NCBI GenBank assembly: GCA_963768485.1
Contig: CAVYHZ010000002.1
Coordinates: 1,284,902-1,348,901, forward strand
Direction: 5' to 3'
Length of the DNA stretch: 64,000 nt
DNA from: an uncultured Pseudomonadota bacterium
Lineage (GTDB): Bacteria; Pseudomonadota; Gammaproteobacteria; Steroidobacterales; Steroidobacteraceae
Made by a program: the position numbers and the translations under genes
In this document: piece after piece, positions 9,859 to 25,146 of the stretch
How positions within the stretch are numbered: position 1 is the first letter of the stretch
Layout of the letters: the number at the start of each line of letters is the position of its first letter
Notes under the pieces: model-generated
Told to the model about the DNA's origin: nothing
The model's database searches: none
Seen by the model: only the letters and a program-made list of their open reading frames with translations

Positions 9859-12800
9859 ATGTCGCCCGGCTTCGTTCACCTGCGCCTGCATAGCGAGTAC
9901 TCGCTCAGCGACAGCGTGGTGCGTGTGCCGGAGCTGGTCGCGGCGGTCGCCGCCGCCGGCATGCCCGCGGTCGCGGTCACCGACCGCAACAACCTCTTCG
10001 CGATGGTGAAGTTCTATCGCGAGGCGCTGCAGGGGGGCGTCAAACCCATCATCGGCGTGGACCTCGCGGTGCGCGAGGAGGGCGAGCGGCGTGAGCCGAG
10101 CCGCCTGACGCTGCTCTGCCAGAACCAGGACGGCTATCGCAACCTCGCGCGCCTCATCTCGCGCGCCTACCTCGAGGGCCAGGAGCGCGGCGTGCCGCGC
10201 ATCGAGCGCGACTGGCTGACGCCCGCGAGCCTGGCGGGGCTGATCGCGCTCTCCGGCGCCGCCGAGGGGGACGTGGGGCGCGCGCTGGTGAACGGCCGCG
10301 AGGCGGAGGCCGAGCACGCGCTCGAGCGCTGGCGCTCGCTCCTGCCCGGGCGCTATTACCTCGAGCTGCAGCGCCTCGGACGGCAGTTCGAAGAGGCCTA
10401 CATCGGCAGCGCGGTGGCGCTCGCCGCCCGCCATCAGCTCCCCGTGGTCGCCACCAACGACGTGCGCTTCCTCAAGGCGGATGAGTTCGAGTCGCACGAG
10501 GCGCGCGTCTCGATCCACGACGGCGCGCTGCTCGCCGATCCGGCGCGCGTGCGCCGCTACACGCGGCAGCAGTACCTGCGCAGCCCCGCCGAGATGTCGG
10601 CGCTGTTCGCCGATCTGCCGGAGGCGCTCGCCAACTCGGTGGAGATTGCGCGCCGCTGCAGCCTGGCGCTCACGCTCGGCGAGGCGCGCCTGCCGCAGTA
10701 CCCGGTGCCTGCCGGCACGAGCACCGAGGAGTTCCTGCGCGCGGAAGCCGCGCGCGGCCTGGCGCGGCGTTTCCCGGCGGGCGCGGGCGCCGCCTACCAC
10801 GAGCGGCTCGCCAGCGAGCTCGCCGTCATCTGCCAGATGGGCTTCGCCGGCTACTTCCTCATCGTCGCCGACTTCATCCGCTGGGCGCGCGAGAACGGCG
10901 TGCCGGTCGGTCCCGGCCGCGGCTCGGGCGCGGGCTCGCTCGTCGCCTACAGCTTAGGGATCACCGACCTCGATCCGATCGAGTACGAGCTGCTGTTCGA
11001 GCGCTTCCTCAATCCCGAGCGCGTGTCGATGCCCGACTTCGACATCGATTTCTGCATGGAAGGCCGCGATCGGGTGATCGAGTACGTGGCCGGCAAGTAT
11101 GGCCGCGAGCGCGTCTCGCAGATCATCACCTACGGCACCATGGCCGCCAAGGCGGTGGTGCGCGACGTCGGGCGCGTACTCGGCATGACCTACGGCTACG
11201 TCGACCGATCGCCAAGCTGGTTCCTTTCGAGCTCGGCATCACGCTCGACGCCGCGCTCGAGAAGGAAGCCGGAGCTGAAGCGTCTCTACCAGGCGGAAGA
11301 GGAGGTGAAGAACCTCATCGACCTGGCGCGCTCGCTCGAGGGGCTGACCCGCAACGCCGGCATGCACGCCGGGGGCGTGGTGATCGCGCCCTCGGTGCTC
11401 ACCGACTTCGCGCCGCTCTACTGCGACGCCGCCGGCGGCAGTGTCGTCACCCAGTTCGACAAGGACGACGTCGAGGCGGCCGGCCTGGTCAAGTTCGACT
11501 TCCTGGGGCTGCGCACGCTGACGATCATCGACCGGGCGGTGCGGCTCATCAACCGCGAGCTGCCAGCCGGCGCCGCTGCGCTCGAGATCGGTGCGCTGCC
11601 GATGGACGATGCGCCGAGCTACGCGCTGCTCAAGGCGTGCCAGCACCACTGCCGTTTTCCAGCTCGAGTCGCGCGGCATGAAGGAGCTGATCCGGCGGCT
11701 GCAGCCGGACTGCTTCGAGGACATCATGGCGCTGGTGGCGCTGTTCCGCCCCGGCCCGCTGCAGTCGGGCATGGTGGATGACTTCATCAACCGCAAGCAC
11801 GGACGCAACGAAGCGCCGATCGACTACCTGCATCCGAGCCTCGAGCCGATCCTGAAACCGACCTACGGCGTCATCCTCTACCAGGAACAGGTGATGCAGA
11901 TCGCGCAGAAGCTCGCCGGCTATACGCTCGGCGGCGCCGATCTGCTGCGCCGGGCGATGGGCAAGAAAAAGCCGGAGGAAATGGCGCAGCAGCGCTCGGT
12001 GTTCATCTCCGGTGCCGTGGCGCGCGGCGTGCGCGAGCGCCTCGCCGAACACATCTTCGACCTGATGGAGAAGTTCGCCGGCTACGGCTTCAACAAGTCG
12101 CACTCCGCGGCCTACGCGCTGCTCGCCTACCAGACCGCGTATCTCAAGGCGCATTACCCCGCGGCCTTCATGGCCGCGGTGCTGTCGGCCGACATGGACA
12201 ACACCGACAAGGTCGTGACCCTCATCAAGGAATGCGCCGACATGGAGCTCGAGGTGCTGCCGCCCGACATCAACGTCTCGCGCTACGAGTTCGCGGCCGA
12301 TGGCGAGCGGCGCATCCGCTATGGCCTCGGTGCCGTGCGCGGCGTCGGCGCCGGCGCGGTCGAGGGACTGATCGCGGAGCGCAGCGCGCGCGGGCCCTTC
12401 ACGAGCCTCGAGGACCTGTGCCGCCGGCTCGATCTCAGCAAGGTCAACCGCCGGGTACTCGAGGCGCTGCTGCGCTGCGGAAGCCTCGATGCGCTCGGCG
12501 CGAACCGCGCCACGCTCATGGAGCGCTTAGGGACGGCCATGCAGCTCGGCGACCAGAGCACGCGCGCCCATGCGGCCGGACAGAATGACCTCTTCGGCGG
12601 CCTCGGCGCGGTGGAACGCACGCCCGCACCGCAGCGCGCCGCCGAGCTCCCCGAATGGAGCGAGGCCGTGCGCCTCACCGGCGAGCGCGAGACGCTCGGC
12701 TTGTACCTCACCGGGCATCCGCTGCGGCGCTTCGAGGCGAGCCTGCCGCGCCTGGTCTCGCATCGCATCGGCGACCTGGTCGGAGAGCGGCCGGTGGCCG

Positions 12801-13366
12801 GGCTCGAGCCGGGGCGCTTCAGCGCCGGCAAGCCCGTCACGGTCGCGGGCCTCATCGATGAGGTGAAGAAGCGCGGCCCGCGCGTGATCCTCACGCTCGA
12901 TGACCGCACCGGGCGGCTCGAGGTGATGCTGTTCGAGGAGACCTGGCAGCGGCACCGCGACCTCATCGCCAAGGACGCACTCGTGCTGGTCGAAGGCATG
13001 CTGCGCTTCGATGACTTCAGCGACTCGTGGCGGCTCGCGGCGCGGCGCATCGTCGACCTCGAGGAGCTGCGCTCGCGGTCAGCGTGCCGCGTGGTGCTGC
13101 GCTCAAGCCAAGCCGAGCTGCCGCGCCTCACCGAGCGGCTCGCGGCCATCCTCGAGCCCTGGCGCCCCGGCCCGTGCCCGATCACCATCGAGTACACCGG
13201 CGCCACGGCGAGCGGCGCACTCAACCTCGGCAGTGAGTGGAGCGTGCGTGCCTCGCGCGAGCTCCTCGAACAGCTCGAGGGCCTGGTGGGAAGTGGCGCA
13301 CTGGAAGTGTTGTACGCGGGGCCGGCCGCGAGCCCCGGCGGGGCGTTCAGCGCCGACGGGCGCTGA
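9859..13366 (+). CDS. dnaE: DNA polymerase III alpha subunit DnaE; reading frame disrupted at three indel sites in this assembly
   Basis: N-terminal PHP domain (FVHLRLHSEYSL), palm/fingers (GRGSGAGSLVAYSLGITDLDP, FDIDF, TTAVFQLESRGMKELI) and C-terminal OB region. The protein is split over ORFs 9445..11781 and 11591..13366. Total length 3508 nt is not divisible by 3. Details are in the findings. Confidence 0.9.
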
Positions 13367-13452
13367 AGCGCGCTTACTTGCGCTCCGGTCCCCCCCTTAC
13401 GTAACCTCGCCGCTGCTGCCGCGCTCACCTGCGGCGCCACCCCTGAAAGCTC

Positions 13453-14424
13453 ATGGCCGTCTCGTTCCTCGATTTCGAACAGCCGATCGCCGAGCTCGAA
13501 GCGAAGATCGAGGAGCTGAAGCACGTCACCTCGGACGCGGAGTCCGGGGTCAACCTGCAGGACGAGATCGGACGGCTGCAGGCCAAGAGCCGCCAGCTCA
13601 CCCAGAGCATCTTCGCGAACCTCACGCCCTGGCAGATCACGCAGCTCGCGCGCCATCCGCACCGGCCCTATACCCTCGACTACGCGGCCGCCATCGCGAG
13701 TGAGTTCCACGAGCTGCACGGCGACCGCATGTACGCCGATGACCTGGCGATCGTCGGGGGACTGGCGCGCATCGAGGAGCGCGCCGTGGTACTGATCGGC
13801 CACCAGAAGGGTCGCGATACGAAGGAAAGGGTGCGGCGCAACTACGGCATGCCCAAGCCCGAGGGCTACCGCAAGGCGCTGCGCCTCATGCATCTCGCCG
13901 AGCGCTTTGGTATCCCGCTGGTGACGCTGATCGATACCCAGGGCGCCTACCCTGGCGTCGGCGCCGAGGAGCGCGGCCAGAGCGAGGCCATCGCGCGCAA
14001 TCTCTTCGAGATGTCGGTGCTGCGCGTGCCGATCGTCACCGTGGTGACCGGGGAGGGGGGCTCGGGCGGGGCGCTCGCGATCGGAGTGTGCGACCGGCTC
14101 ATCATGCTTCAGTACAGCACCTACTCGGTGATCTCGCCCGAGGGCTGCGCCTCGATCCTGTGGAAGAGTCAGGACAAGAAGGAAGTGGCGGCGGATGCGC
14201 TCAACCTCACCGCCGATCGGTTGCTGAAGCTCGGCCTCGTCGACGAGGTGATCGAGGAGCCGCTCGGCGGCGCGCATCGCGACGCTGCTACCACCGCGGC
14301 GCGGCTGAAAGCGGCGCTCATCCGCCACCTCGACGAGCTCGATGCGCTGCCCCGCGATCAACTGCGGGCGGCGCGCGCCGCCAAGATCGCCTCGTTCGGC
14401 GTCTACTCCGAAACCGCGGCCTGA
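13453..14424 (+). CDS. accA: acetyl-CoA carboxylase carboxyltransferase subunit alpha
   Basis: 323-aa ORF with [18 protein letters not shown]-terminus and [10 protein letters not shown] motif. Confidence 0.95.
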   Translation: MAVSFLDFEQPIAELEAKIEELKHVTSDAESGVNLQDEIGRLQAKSRQLTQSIFANLTPWQITQLARHPHRPYTLDYAAAIASEFHELHGDRMYADDLAIVGGLARIEERAVVLIGHQKGRDTKERVRRNYGMPKPEGYRKALRLMHLAERFGIPLVTLIDTQGAYPGVGAEERGQSEAIARNLFEMSVLRVPIVTVVTGEGGSGGALAIGVCDRLIMLQYSTYSVISPEGCASILWKSQDKKEVAADALNLTADRLLKLGLVDEVIEEPLGGAHRDAATTAARLKAALIRHLDELDALPRDQLRAARAAKIASFGVYSETAA

Positions 14425-14444
14425 AAGGCGCGAGGGCGGCGCCT

Positions 14445-17557
<3,113 letters not shown>

Positions 17558-17574
17558 TTTGAAGCTCGCATCGG

Positions 17575-17772
17575 ACATTGCGCTTCGCTGTCCTGCTGCG
17601 CGCAAGCCCGGGGCGCACATCCCTGTGCGCCCGCTCGGCGCTTTGCGCCTCGCCCTGTCACGATGCTCGCCGCCTACGGCGGCGGGCACATTGCGCTGCG
17701 CAGTCCTGCTGCGCGCAAGCCCGGGGCGCACATCCCTGTGCGCCCGCTCGGCGCTTCGCGCCTCGCCCCTGT
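17575..17772. repeat. two tandem direct copies of an ~85-nt REP-like palindromic unit
   Basis: Copy 1 is 17575-17658 and copy 2 is 17688-17772 (period 113 nt). They differ by 3 substitutions and 1 indel by hand alignment. Each holds a 9-bp perfect hairpin GGGCGCACA-tccc-TGTGCGCCC (17611-17632 and 17724-17745). Located in the pyrG-kdsA intergenic region. Confidence 0.85.
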
Positions 17773-17822
17773 GCCTGCGCGACTGTCTCACCACGACCTA
17801 GAGCTCAGGACGAGCGAACGCC

Positions 17823-19945
<2,123 letters not shown>

Positions 19946-19988
19946 TGCCCTTCGCGCACCGTGCGCCGTCTGCTAGGCTGTCGCTCCC

Positions 19989-20306
19989 ATGAAGTGGCTC
20001 GCCGCCGCGCTTGCAGTCGTCGTTGTGCTGCTGCAATACCGGATCTGGATTTCCGATAACGGCGTACGTCAGGTGCAGCGCCTGCGCCAGGCGGTGGCTG
20101 CCCAGCAGGCCGAGGACGCCCAGCTCACCGAACGCAACCGCCAGCTGGCCGCCGAGGTCCGCGATTTGAAGACCGGGATGGGCGCGCTCGAGGAGCGTGC
20201 CCGGAGCGACCTCGGCATGATCGCCCGCAACGAGACCTTCTACCAGGTGGTGCCCCCCCGCACGGCGGGCTCACCGGCGCCGCCGACGCGCACCGCGGCC
20301 CGTTGA
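19989..20306 (+). CDS. ftsB: cell division protein FtsB (septum formation initiator)
   Basis: 105-aa ORF with an N-terminal TM helix, a coiled coil and GMIARNETFYQV. Lies in eno-ftsB-ispD synteny. Confidence 0.88.
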   Translation: MKWLAAALAVVVVLLQYRIWISDNGVRQVQRLRQAVAAQQAEDAQLTERNRQLAAEVRDLKTGMGALEERARSDLGMIARNETFYQVVPPRTAGSPAPPTRTAAR

Positions 20307-20351
20307 GGCGCAGCGCCGCCGCCCGGAGGACCATGGCACTGAGTCTGCGAC

Positions 20352-20393
20352 TTGCCAACGAGGGGCAAAAGTCGCGCCTTTTGCCCCGGCTTG
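20352..20393 (+). terminator. stem-loop downstream of ftsB (terminator-like, no U-tract)
   Basis: GGGGCAAAAG (20360-20369) pairs perfectly with CTTTTGCCCC (20376-20385). An outer GCCAA/TTGGC pairing lies at 20352-20356/20389-20393. Confidence 0.35.
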
Positions 20394-20445
20394 GCATGAG
20401 GTTGAGGCGCCCTCTGACGGAAGCGCCGCAGGCGGCTTTCGGCCA

Positions 20446-21159
20446 ATGAAATACTTCCTCGTGATGCCGGCCGCCGGCTCGGGCAGGCGCTTCCAGGGCG
20501 ACCAACCCAAGCAGTACGCGCCGCTCCTCGGCCGCACCGTCATCGAATGGGCTCTCGCGCCCTTCCTCGGCGACTCACGCTGCGCACACGGGGTGGTGGT
20601 GATCGCCGAAGGCGACGCCAGCTGGCACCGGGTCGCCGCGCGCCTCGGGGGCGAGCGGCTCTCGGCGACCTCCGGGGGCGGCGAGCGCAGCCTCTCGGTG
20701 CGCCGCGGGCTCACGGCTCTCGCCGGGCGGGCCGCGCCCGAGGACTGGGTGCTGGTGCACGATGCGGCGCGGCCCTGCCTCGAGGCCGGCGATCTCGAAC
20801 GGCTGCTCGAGCGGGTTGAGGCCCACGGCGGCGGCGGGCTGCTGGCGACGCGTGCGGCCGATACGCTCAAGCAGGCGCAGCCGGGCGCGACGCCGGGCGA
20901 CGTGACGGTCGCACGCACCGTCGAGCGCGCGGAGCTGTGGCGCGCGCTCACCCCGCAGATGTTCCGCTACGCGACCCTCGGCGCGGCGCTCGACGCGGCG
21001 CACGCCACCGGGCGGTATCCGACCGATGAGGCGCAGGCGCTCGAGTGGCGCGGCGCGAGCCCGTTGCTGGTCGAGGGCGCGGCCACCAATCTGAAGCTCA
21101 CCGCGAGCGCGGACTTGAAGCTCGCCGAGGCGGTGCTGCGCGCGCGGAGATCGGCATGA
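20446..21159 (+). CDS. ispD: 2-C-methyl-D-erythritol 4-phosphate cytidylyltransferase
   Basis: 237-aa ORF with N-terminal PAAGSGRRF motif and VLVHDAARP. Confidence 0.93.
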   Translation: MKYFLVMPAAGSGRRFQGDQPKQYAPLLGRTVIEWALAPFLGDSRCAHGVVVIAEGDASWHRVAARLGGERLSATSGGGERSLSVRRGLTALAGRAAPEDWVLVHDAARPCLEAGDLERLLERVEAHGGGGLLATRAADTLKQAQPGATPGDVTVARTVERAELWRALTPQMFRYATLGAALDAAHATGRYPTDEAQALEWRGASPLLVEGAATNLKLTASADLKLAEAVLRARRSA

Positions 21160-21626
21160 GGATCGGCTCGGGGTTCGACGTCCATGCCTTCGGACCGGGC
21201 GACTCGGTGATGCTGGGCGGCGTGCGCATTGCGCACGAGCGCGGCGTGATCGCTCACTCGGACGGGGACGTGCTGCTGCATGCGCTCTGCGATGCGCTGC
21301 TCGGGGCGGCCGGCCTGGGCGACATCGGCCAGCACTTTCCCGACAGCGACCCACGCTGGAAGGGCGTCGCCAGCGCGCGCTTCGTCACCGCGGTGCTCGA
21401 GCTCGTGCGCGGCGCCGGCCTCGCCGTCGTCAACGTCGATCTCACGCTGCTCGCCGAGGCGCCGCGCATCGGGCCACACCGCGAAGCGATCCGGCGTGAG
21501 GTGGCGCGGCTCCTCGAGCTCGCTCCCGAGCGCGTCAACCTCAAGGCCACGACCACCGAGCGGCTCGGGTTCCTCGGGCGTGCCGAGGGGCTCGCCGCGC
21601 AGGCGGTCGTACTGCTCGAGGGCTGA
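21156..21626 (+). CDS. ispF: 2-C-methyl-D-erythritol 2,4-cyclodiphosphate synthase
   Basis: [12 protein letters not shown] and [18 protein letters not shown] motifs. ATGA overlap with ispD. Confidence 0.95.
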   Translation: MRIGSGFDVHAFGPGDSVMLGGVRIAHERGVIAHSDGDVLLHALCDALLGAAGLGDIGQHFPDSDPRWKGVASARFVTAVLELVRGAGLAVVNVDLTLLAEAPRIGPHREAIRREVARLLELAPERVNLKATTTERLGFLGRAEGLAAQAVVLLEG

Positions 21627-21628
21627 CG

Positions 21629-22702
21629 ATGACAGAGGAGGGGCTCCAGGCGGCGCGCGCGGCCGCGCTCGCGCCGCCGCGCGCGCATGGCGAGCCGGTG
21701 GCATCAGCCGCACTGCGCACCGAGGCCGCCGATTTCGTGGTCGAGGAGGACTTGGGGTTCGCGCCCTCGGGCTCCGGCGCGCACCTCCTCCTCAAGGTGC
21801 GCAAGACCGACGCCAACACCGCCTGGGTGGCGCGCGCGCTCGCGCGGCTCGCCGGCTGCCATCCGCGCGACGTGGGCTACGCCGGGCTCAAGGACCGCCG
21901 CGCCGTCGCCATCCAGTGGTTTTCGGTACCCCAGCCGCGCGGCGGCGCCGGGGTCGCCGGGCTCGCCGGGGCGGCCGGGGAGGGCTTCGAGGTGCTCGAG
22001 GTGCATCCGCACCAGCGCAAGCTCCCGCGCGGAGCGCTCGCCGGCAACCGCTTCGCCATCCGGCTGCGCGCGCCCGCAGGCGACGGTGCCGGCCTCGCGC
22101 GCTGCCTCGCGCCGCGTCTCGCCGTCATCGCCGCGCGTGGTGTGCCCAACTACTTCGGTCCACAGCGCTTCGGCCGGGACGGCGCGAATCTCCAGCGCAT
22201 CGCCGGCGGGGATCCGCAGCTCCTGCCGCCCGCCGAGCGGGGCTTCGTGCTCTCGGCGGCCCGCAGCGTGGTATTCAACGCGGTGCTCGGCGCACGGGTC
22301 GCGGACGGCAGCTGGGAGCATCCCGGCGCCGGAGATCTCGCCGTGCTCGACGGGCGCGGCAGCCTCTTCAAGGTCGAGGCGACCGATGAGACGCTCGCCG
22401 CGCGCGCCGCGCGTCTCGAGATTCATGCCACCGGCCCGCTCTGGGGGCGCAGCGAGCCCGGGAGCGCGGCGGGCATACTGGCGCTCGAGCAGCGCGTCGG
22501 CGCGCAGTTCCCCGCCGCGTGCGCGCTGTGCGCACGGGCTGGCATGACGCAGGAGCGCCGGAGCCTGCGGCTGCGTGTCGCGGAGCTCGATTGGGCGGCA
22601 GAGGCGCAAGCCGTGGTGCTGCGCTTTCACCTGGCGCGTGGCAGCTTCGCCACGGCGGTGCTGCGCGAGCTCATCGCCGCCCCCGACGCGGCGGACGAAT
22701 GA
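21629..22702 (+). CDS. truD: tRNA pseudouridine(13) synthase TruD
   Basis: 357-aa ORF with DFVVEE, GLKDRRAV (catalytic Asp) and PNYFGPQRFG motifs. Confidence 0.92.
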   Translation: MTEEGLQAARAAALAPPRAHGEPVASAALRTEAADFVVEEDLGFAPSGSGAHLLLKVRKTDANTAWVARALARLAGCHPRDVGYAGLKDRRAVAIQWFSVPQPRGGAGVAGLAGAAGEGFEVLEVHPHQRKLPRGALAGNRFAIRLRAPAGDGAGLARCLAPRLAVIAARGVPNYFGPQRFGRDGANLQRIAGGDPQLLPPAERGFVLSAARSVVFNAVLGARVADGSWEHPGAGDLAVLDGRGSLFKVEATDETLAARAARLEIHATGPLWGRSEPGSAAGILALEQRVGAQFPAACALCARAGMTQERRSLRLRVAELDWAAEAQAVVLRFHLARGSFATAVLRELIAAPDAADE

Positions 22703-22714
22703 AGTCAGGACGGA

Positions 22715-23287
22715 TCAACCCAGCAGCACGTACACCGCGCCGGTGCCGCCGTCGGCCTGCCGCGCGGACACGTACGCCAGTACCGCCCCCGTGCGCCGCA
22801 GCACGGCATCGACGGCGGACTTGAGCACGGGTCCCCGGTGCCCGGAGCGCAGCCCCTTGCCGTGCACGATGCGCACGCACCGAACGTGGGCGTGGAGTGC
22901 GTCGATGAGGAACTGCCGCAGCGCCTGCTTCGCCTCCGCCACGGTGAGCCCGTGCAGGTCGATCTCGCGCTCGATGCGGTACTCGCCGCGCCGCAGCCGG
23001 CGCAGGACCGCGTTCTGGACGCCGGGCCGCTGGAAGACGAGCTCCTCGCCGCAGGCGAGCGCGGGATCGGGTGGCTCGGGACCCAGGCTCTCCTTGAGTA
23101 CCGCGGCGCGGTCCGCGCGCGCGAAGCGGGCTCGCGGACGGGGCTTCGGTCCGCGCACCGGCGTGGTGCGCTCCGCGAGCGGGCGCACGCCCCGGACGGC
23201 ATCGCGGAACAGCCGGGCGGCGTCCTCCGCCTCGTCAGGGTCGTCGTCACCGCCTGCCTGGACCACGCCACCTCCGCCGCAAGTCAT
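22715..23287 (-). CDS. smrA: Smr-domain protein (SmrA-like endonuclease)
   Basis: C-terminal Smr domain (IDLHGLTVAEA...VRIVHGKG...). Start chosen at the second ATG (23287), which leaves a 59-bp divergent promoter gap to surE. The ORF is open to 23335. Confidence 0.8.
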   Translation of the reverse strand: MTCGGGGVVQAGGDDDPDEAEDAARLFRDAVRGVRPLAERTTPVRGPKPRPRARFARADRAAVLKESLGPEPPDPALACGEELVFQRPGVQNAVLRRLRRGEYRIEREIDLHGLTVAEAKQALRQFLIDALHAHVRCVRIVHGKGLRSGHRGPVLKSAVDAVLRRTGAVLAYVSARQADGGTGAVYVLLG

Positions 23288-23346
23288 GAAAAGTATATAG
23301 TCACGCGCGCTCCCGAACGGCTCCCTGGGCTCCAACTCTCCCCGCA

Positions 23347-24105
23347 GTGAAGATCCTGGTCAGCAATGATGACGGCTTTCGCGCGGAAGGCATTCGCCGG
23401 CTGCGGGAGGCGCTCGCCACGCTCGCGGAGGTGACCGTGGTCGCCCCCGACCGCAACAAGAGCGGGGCCAGCCACTCGCTCACCCTCGACGTGCCGCTGC
23501 GCGTGTTCGAGTCCGAGCCGGGCGTGTACTTCGTGCCCGGGACCCCGACCGACTGCGTGCACCTCGCCATCTCCGGGCTCTTCGATTTCGAGCACGACAT
23601 GGTCGTCTCGGGCGTGAACGACGGCCCGAATCTCGGCGACGACGTGCTCTACTCGGGGACCGTGGCCGCCGCGCTCGAGGGCCGCTTCCTCGGGCTTCCC
23701 ACCATTGCGGTGTCGCTGTGTACCGGGAGGCGCGGGGGCGGGCACTTCGCCACCGGCGCCGAGGTCGCGCGGCTCCTGGTCGCGCAGCTCATGAGGAAGC
23801 CGCTCGAGTCCGCGCTCATCCTCAACGTCAACGTGCCCGACGTGCCGCTCGCGGCATTGCGGGGCTTTCGCGCCACGCGACTCGGGTACCGGCATCGCTC
23901 CGAGCCGGTGATGCGCGCGCAGGATCCGCGCGGGCGCCCAGTGTACTGGGTGGGGCCGGCGGGCCCGGAACAGGACGCAGGTCCCGGCACCGACTTCGAG
24001 GCGATCACGCAGGGCTACGTGTCGGTGACGCCGCTGCAGGCCGACCTCACGCGTCACGGCGCACTGCCCGCGGTCAGCGGCTGGCTGGAAGGCCTCGATG
24101 GCTGA
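23347..24105 (+). CDS. surE: 5'/3'-nucleotidase SurE
   Basis: GTG start. [10 protein letters not shown]-terminal motif and GTPTDCV. Confidence 0.94.
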   Translation: MKILVSNDDGFRAEGIRRLREALATLAEVTVVAPDRNKSGASHSLTLDVPLRVFESEPGVYFVPGTPTDCVHLAISGLFDFEHDMVVSGVNDGPNLGDDVLYSGTVAAALEGRFLGLPTIAVSLCTGRRGGGHFATGAEVARLLVAQLMRKPLESALILNVNVPDVPLAALRGFRATRLGYRHRSEPVMRAQDPRGRPVYWVGPAGPEQDAGPGTDFEAITQGYVSVTPLQADLTRHGALPAVSGWLEGLDG

Positions 24106-24760
24106 CGTGCGGCTGGCCGGCATCGGCATGACCTCGGCGCGTACCCGCGACCGCCTGGTACAGCGTTTGCGCGACCAGGGCATTGCCAATCTCGCGGTGC
24201 TCGATCGCGTGCGCAACGTGCCACGCCATATCTTCGTCGACGAGGCGCTCGGCAGCCGCGCCTACGAGGATACCGCGCTCCCGATCGGCTTCGGCCAGAC
24301 GATCTCGCAGCCCTACATCGTGGCGCGCATGACCGAGGCGCTGCTCGAGGGCGGCCCGCTCGAGAACGTCCTCGAGGTCGGTACCGGCTGCGGTTACCAG
24401 ACCGCGGTGCTGGCGCCGCTCGTCACCCACCTCTACACCATCGAACGCATCGAGCCACTGCTCGCGCGGGCGCGTGAGCGGCTGAAGGAGCTCGGGGTGC
24501 GCAACGTCCGCTACCGCCACGGCGACGGCTCGCTCGGCTGGAAGGCGCATGCGCCGTTCGACGGCATCCTGGTAGCGGCGGCCCCGCTCACCGTGCCCGA
24601 GCCGCTGCTGAAGCAGCTGAAGGTTGGCGGGCGGCTCATCGTCCCCCTGGGGCCCGAAGGGGAGCAGCAGCTGGTGCGCTTCACGCGCCGCGAGCAGCGC
24701 ATGGAGCGCGAGTCGCTCGGCTCCGTTGCCTTCGTGCCGCTCCTCGGCGGTACCACTTGA
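24098..24760 (+). CDS. pcm: protein-L-isoaspartate O-methyltransferase
   Basis: 220-aa ORF with SQPYIVARM and the [17 protein letters not shown]-binding motif. Lies in surE-pcm synteny. Confidence 0.95.
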   Translation: MADVRLAGIGMTSARTRDRLVQRLRDQGIANLAVLDRVRNVPRHIFVDEALGSRAYEDTALPIGFGQTISQPYIVARMTEALLEGGPLENVLEVGTGCGYQTAVLAPLVTHLYTIERIEPLLARARERLKELGVRNVRYRHGDGSLGWKAHAPFDGILVAAAPLTVPEPLLKQLKVGGRLIVPLGPEGEQQLVRFTRREQRMERESLGSVAFVPLLGGTT

Positions 24761-24840
24761 GATATATACAGTAACATTATGGTTTATATAGTTTTATTGC
24801 CAGTCATAAATCGGATTGTCGGCTCCGTAACGCGGGAATT

Positions 24841-24864
24841 TCGGCGCCAAAGCGCCGATTTTTA
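24841..24864 (+). terminator. Rho-independent terminator of pcm
   Basis: TCGGCGC-caaa-GCGCCGA 7-bp stem (24841-24858) followed by TTTTTA (24859-24864). It sits 81 nt after the pcm stop. Confidence 0.6.
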
Positions 24865-24959
24865 CGCGCGCCGGCGCGCCGCTCGTGGTGTGCGCGCGCG
24901 AAAAGTCCTTGCATGTCAAGGCGCTTGCGCGGGTATCTGCGACGTGATTACATGCGGCC

Positions 24960-25146
24960 CTGTCTCTCGACGACGACAGTCACGGGGAGGGCGATCAGCA
25001 GAGGACACAGGGAGGAGGGAGTCGAAACAACAGCAACAACAGCTCAAAGAAAAACAAAAACAGTGCAATTGTTCGAGTCTGTCAGCTTCGAATGATTGTT
25101 TGGTTGGTTGAGCCTCCCCCTGTGTCTTCTGCCGATCGTCTTTTCC
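24960..25146 (+). ncRNA. candidate unclassified structured small RNA (long closing helix around an A-rich (ARN)n loop)
   Basis: 24990-25018 pairs with 25113-25140 (27 hand-counted pairs), followed by TTTTCC. The enclosed segment is about 40% G+C and carries two runs of six ARN triplets (25026-25043, 25047-25064). A weak sigma70-like element TTGCGC-17nt-TGaTTACAT lies at 24925-24953. No credible ORF is present. The ends are estimates. Confidence 0.3.

Noticed and set aside
11150-11700. Programmed ribosomal frameshifting or a split (two-subunit) DnaE as the explanation for the broken dnaE.
   Set aside because: No slippery heptamer, stop or SD context occurs at any of the three sites. dnaE is not known to use recoding. 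The scrambled 20-codon block lies in a conserved segment. Indel errors or mutations are the simpler explanation.
20331-20405. 24-codon small ORF (MALSLRLANEGQKSRLLPRLGMRC) preceded by GGAGG in the ftsB-ispD spacer.
   Set aside because: It spans the strong 20352-20393 hairpin. The SD-ATG spacing is only 4 nt. It has no distinguishing features, and short ORFs like this arise by chance.
25060-25100. tRNA-like T-loop strings (TTCGAGTC at 25072-25079, TTCGAAT at 25087-25093).
   Set aside because: The flanking bases do not form 5-bp T-arms. No acceptor, D or anticodon arms can be drawn.
24779-25111. 110-aa ORF (MVYIVLLPVINRIV...KQQQQQLKEKQKQCNCSS...) and the overlapping 60-aa ORF 24913..25095 in the pcm-downstream gap.
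   Set aside because: The 110-aa ORF runs straight through a canonical intrinsic terminator (24841-24864). Both run through the long helix of the RNA candidate. There is no RBS, and the composition switches abruptly. The SD-like GGAGG at 25014-25018 has no start codon within range.
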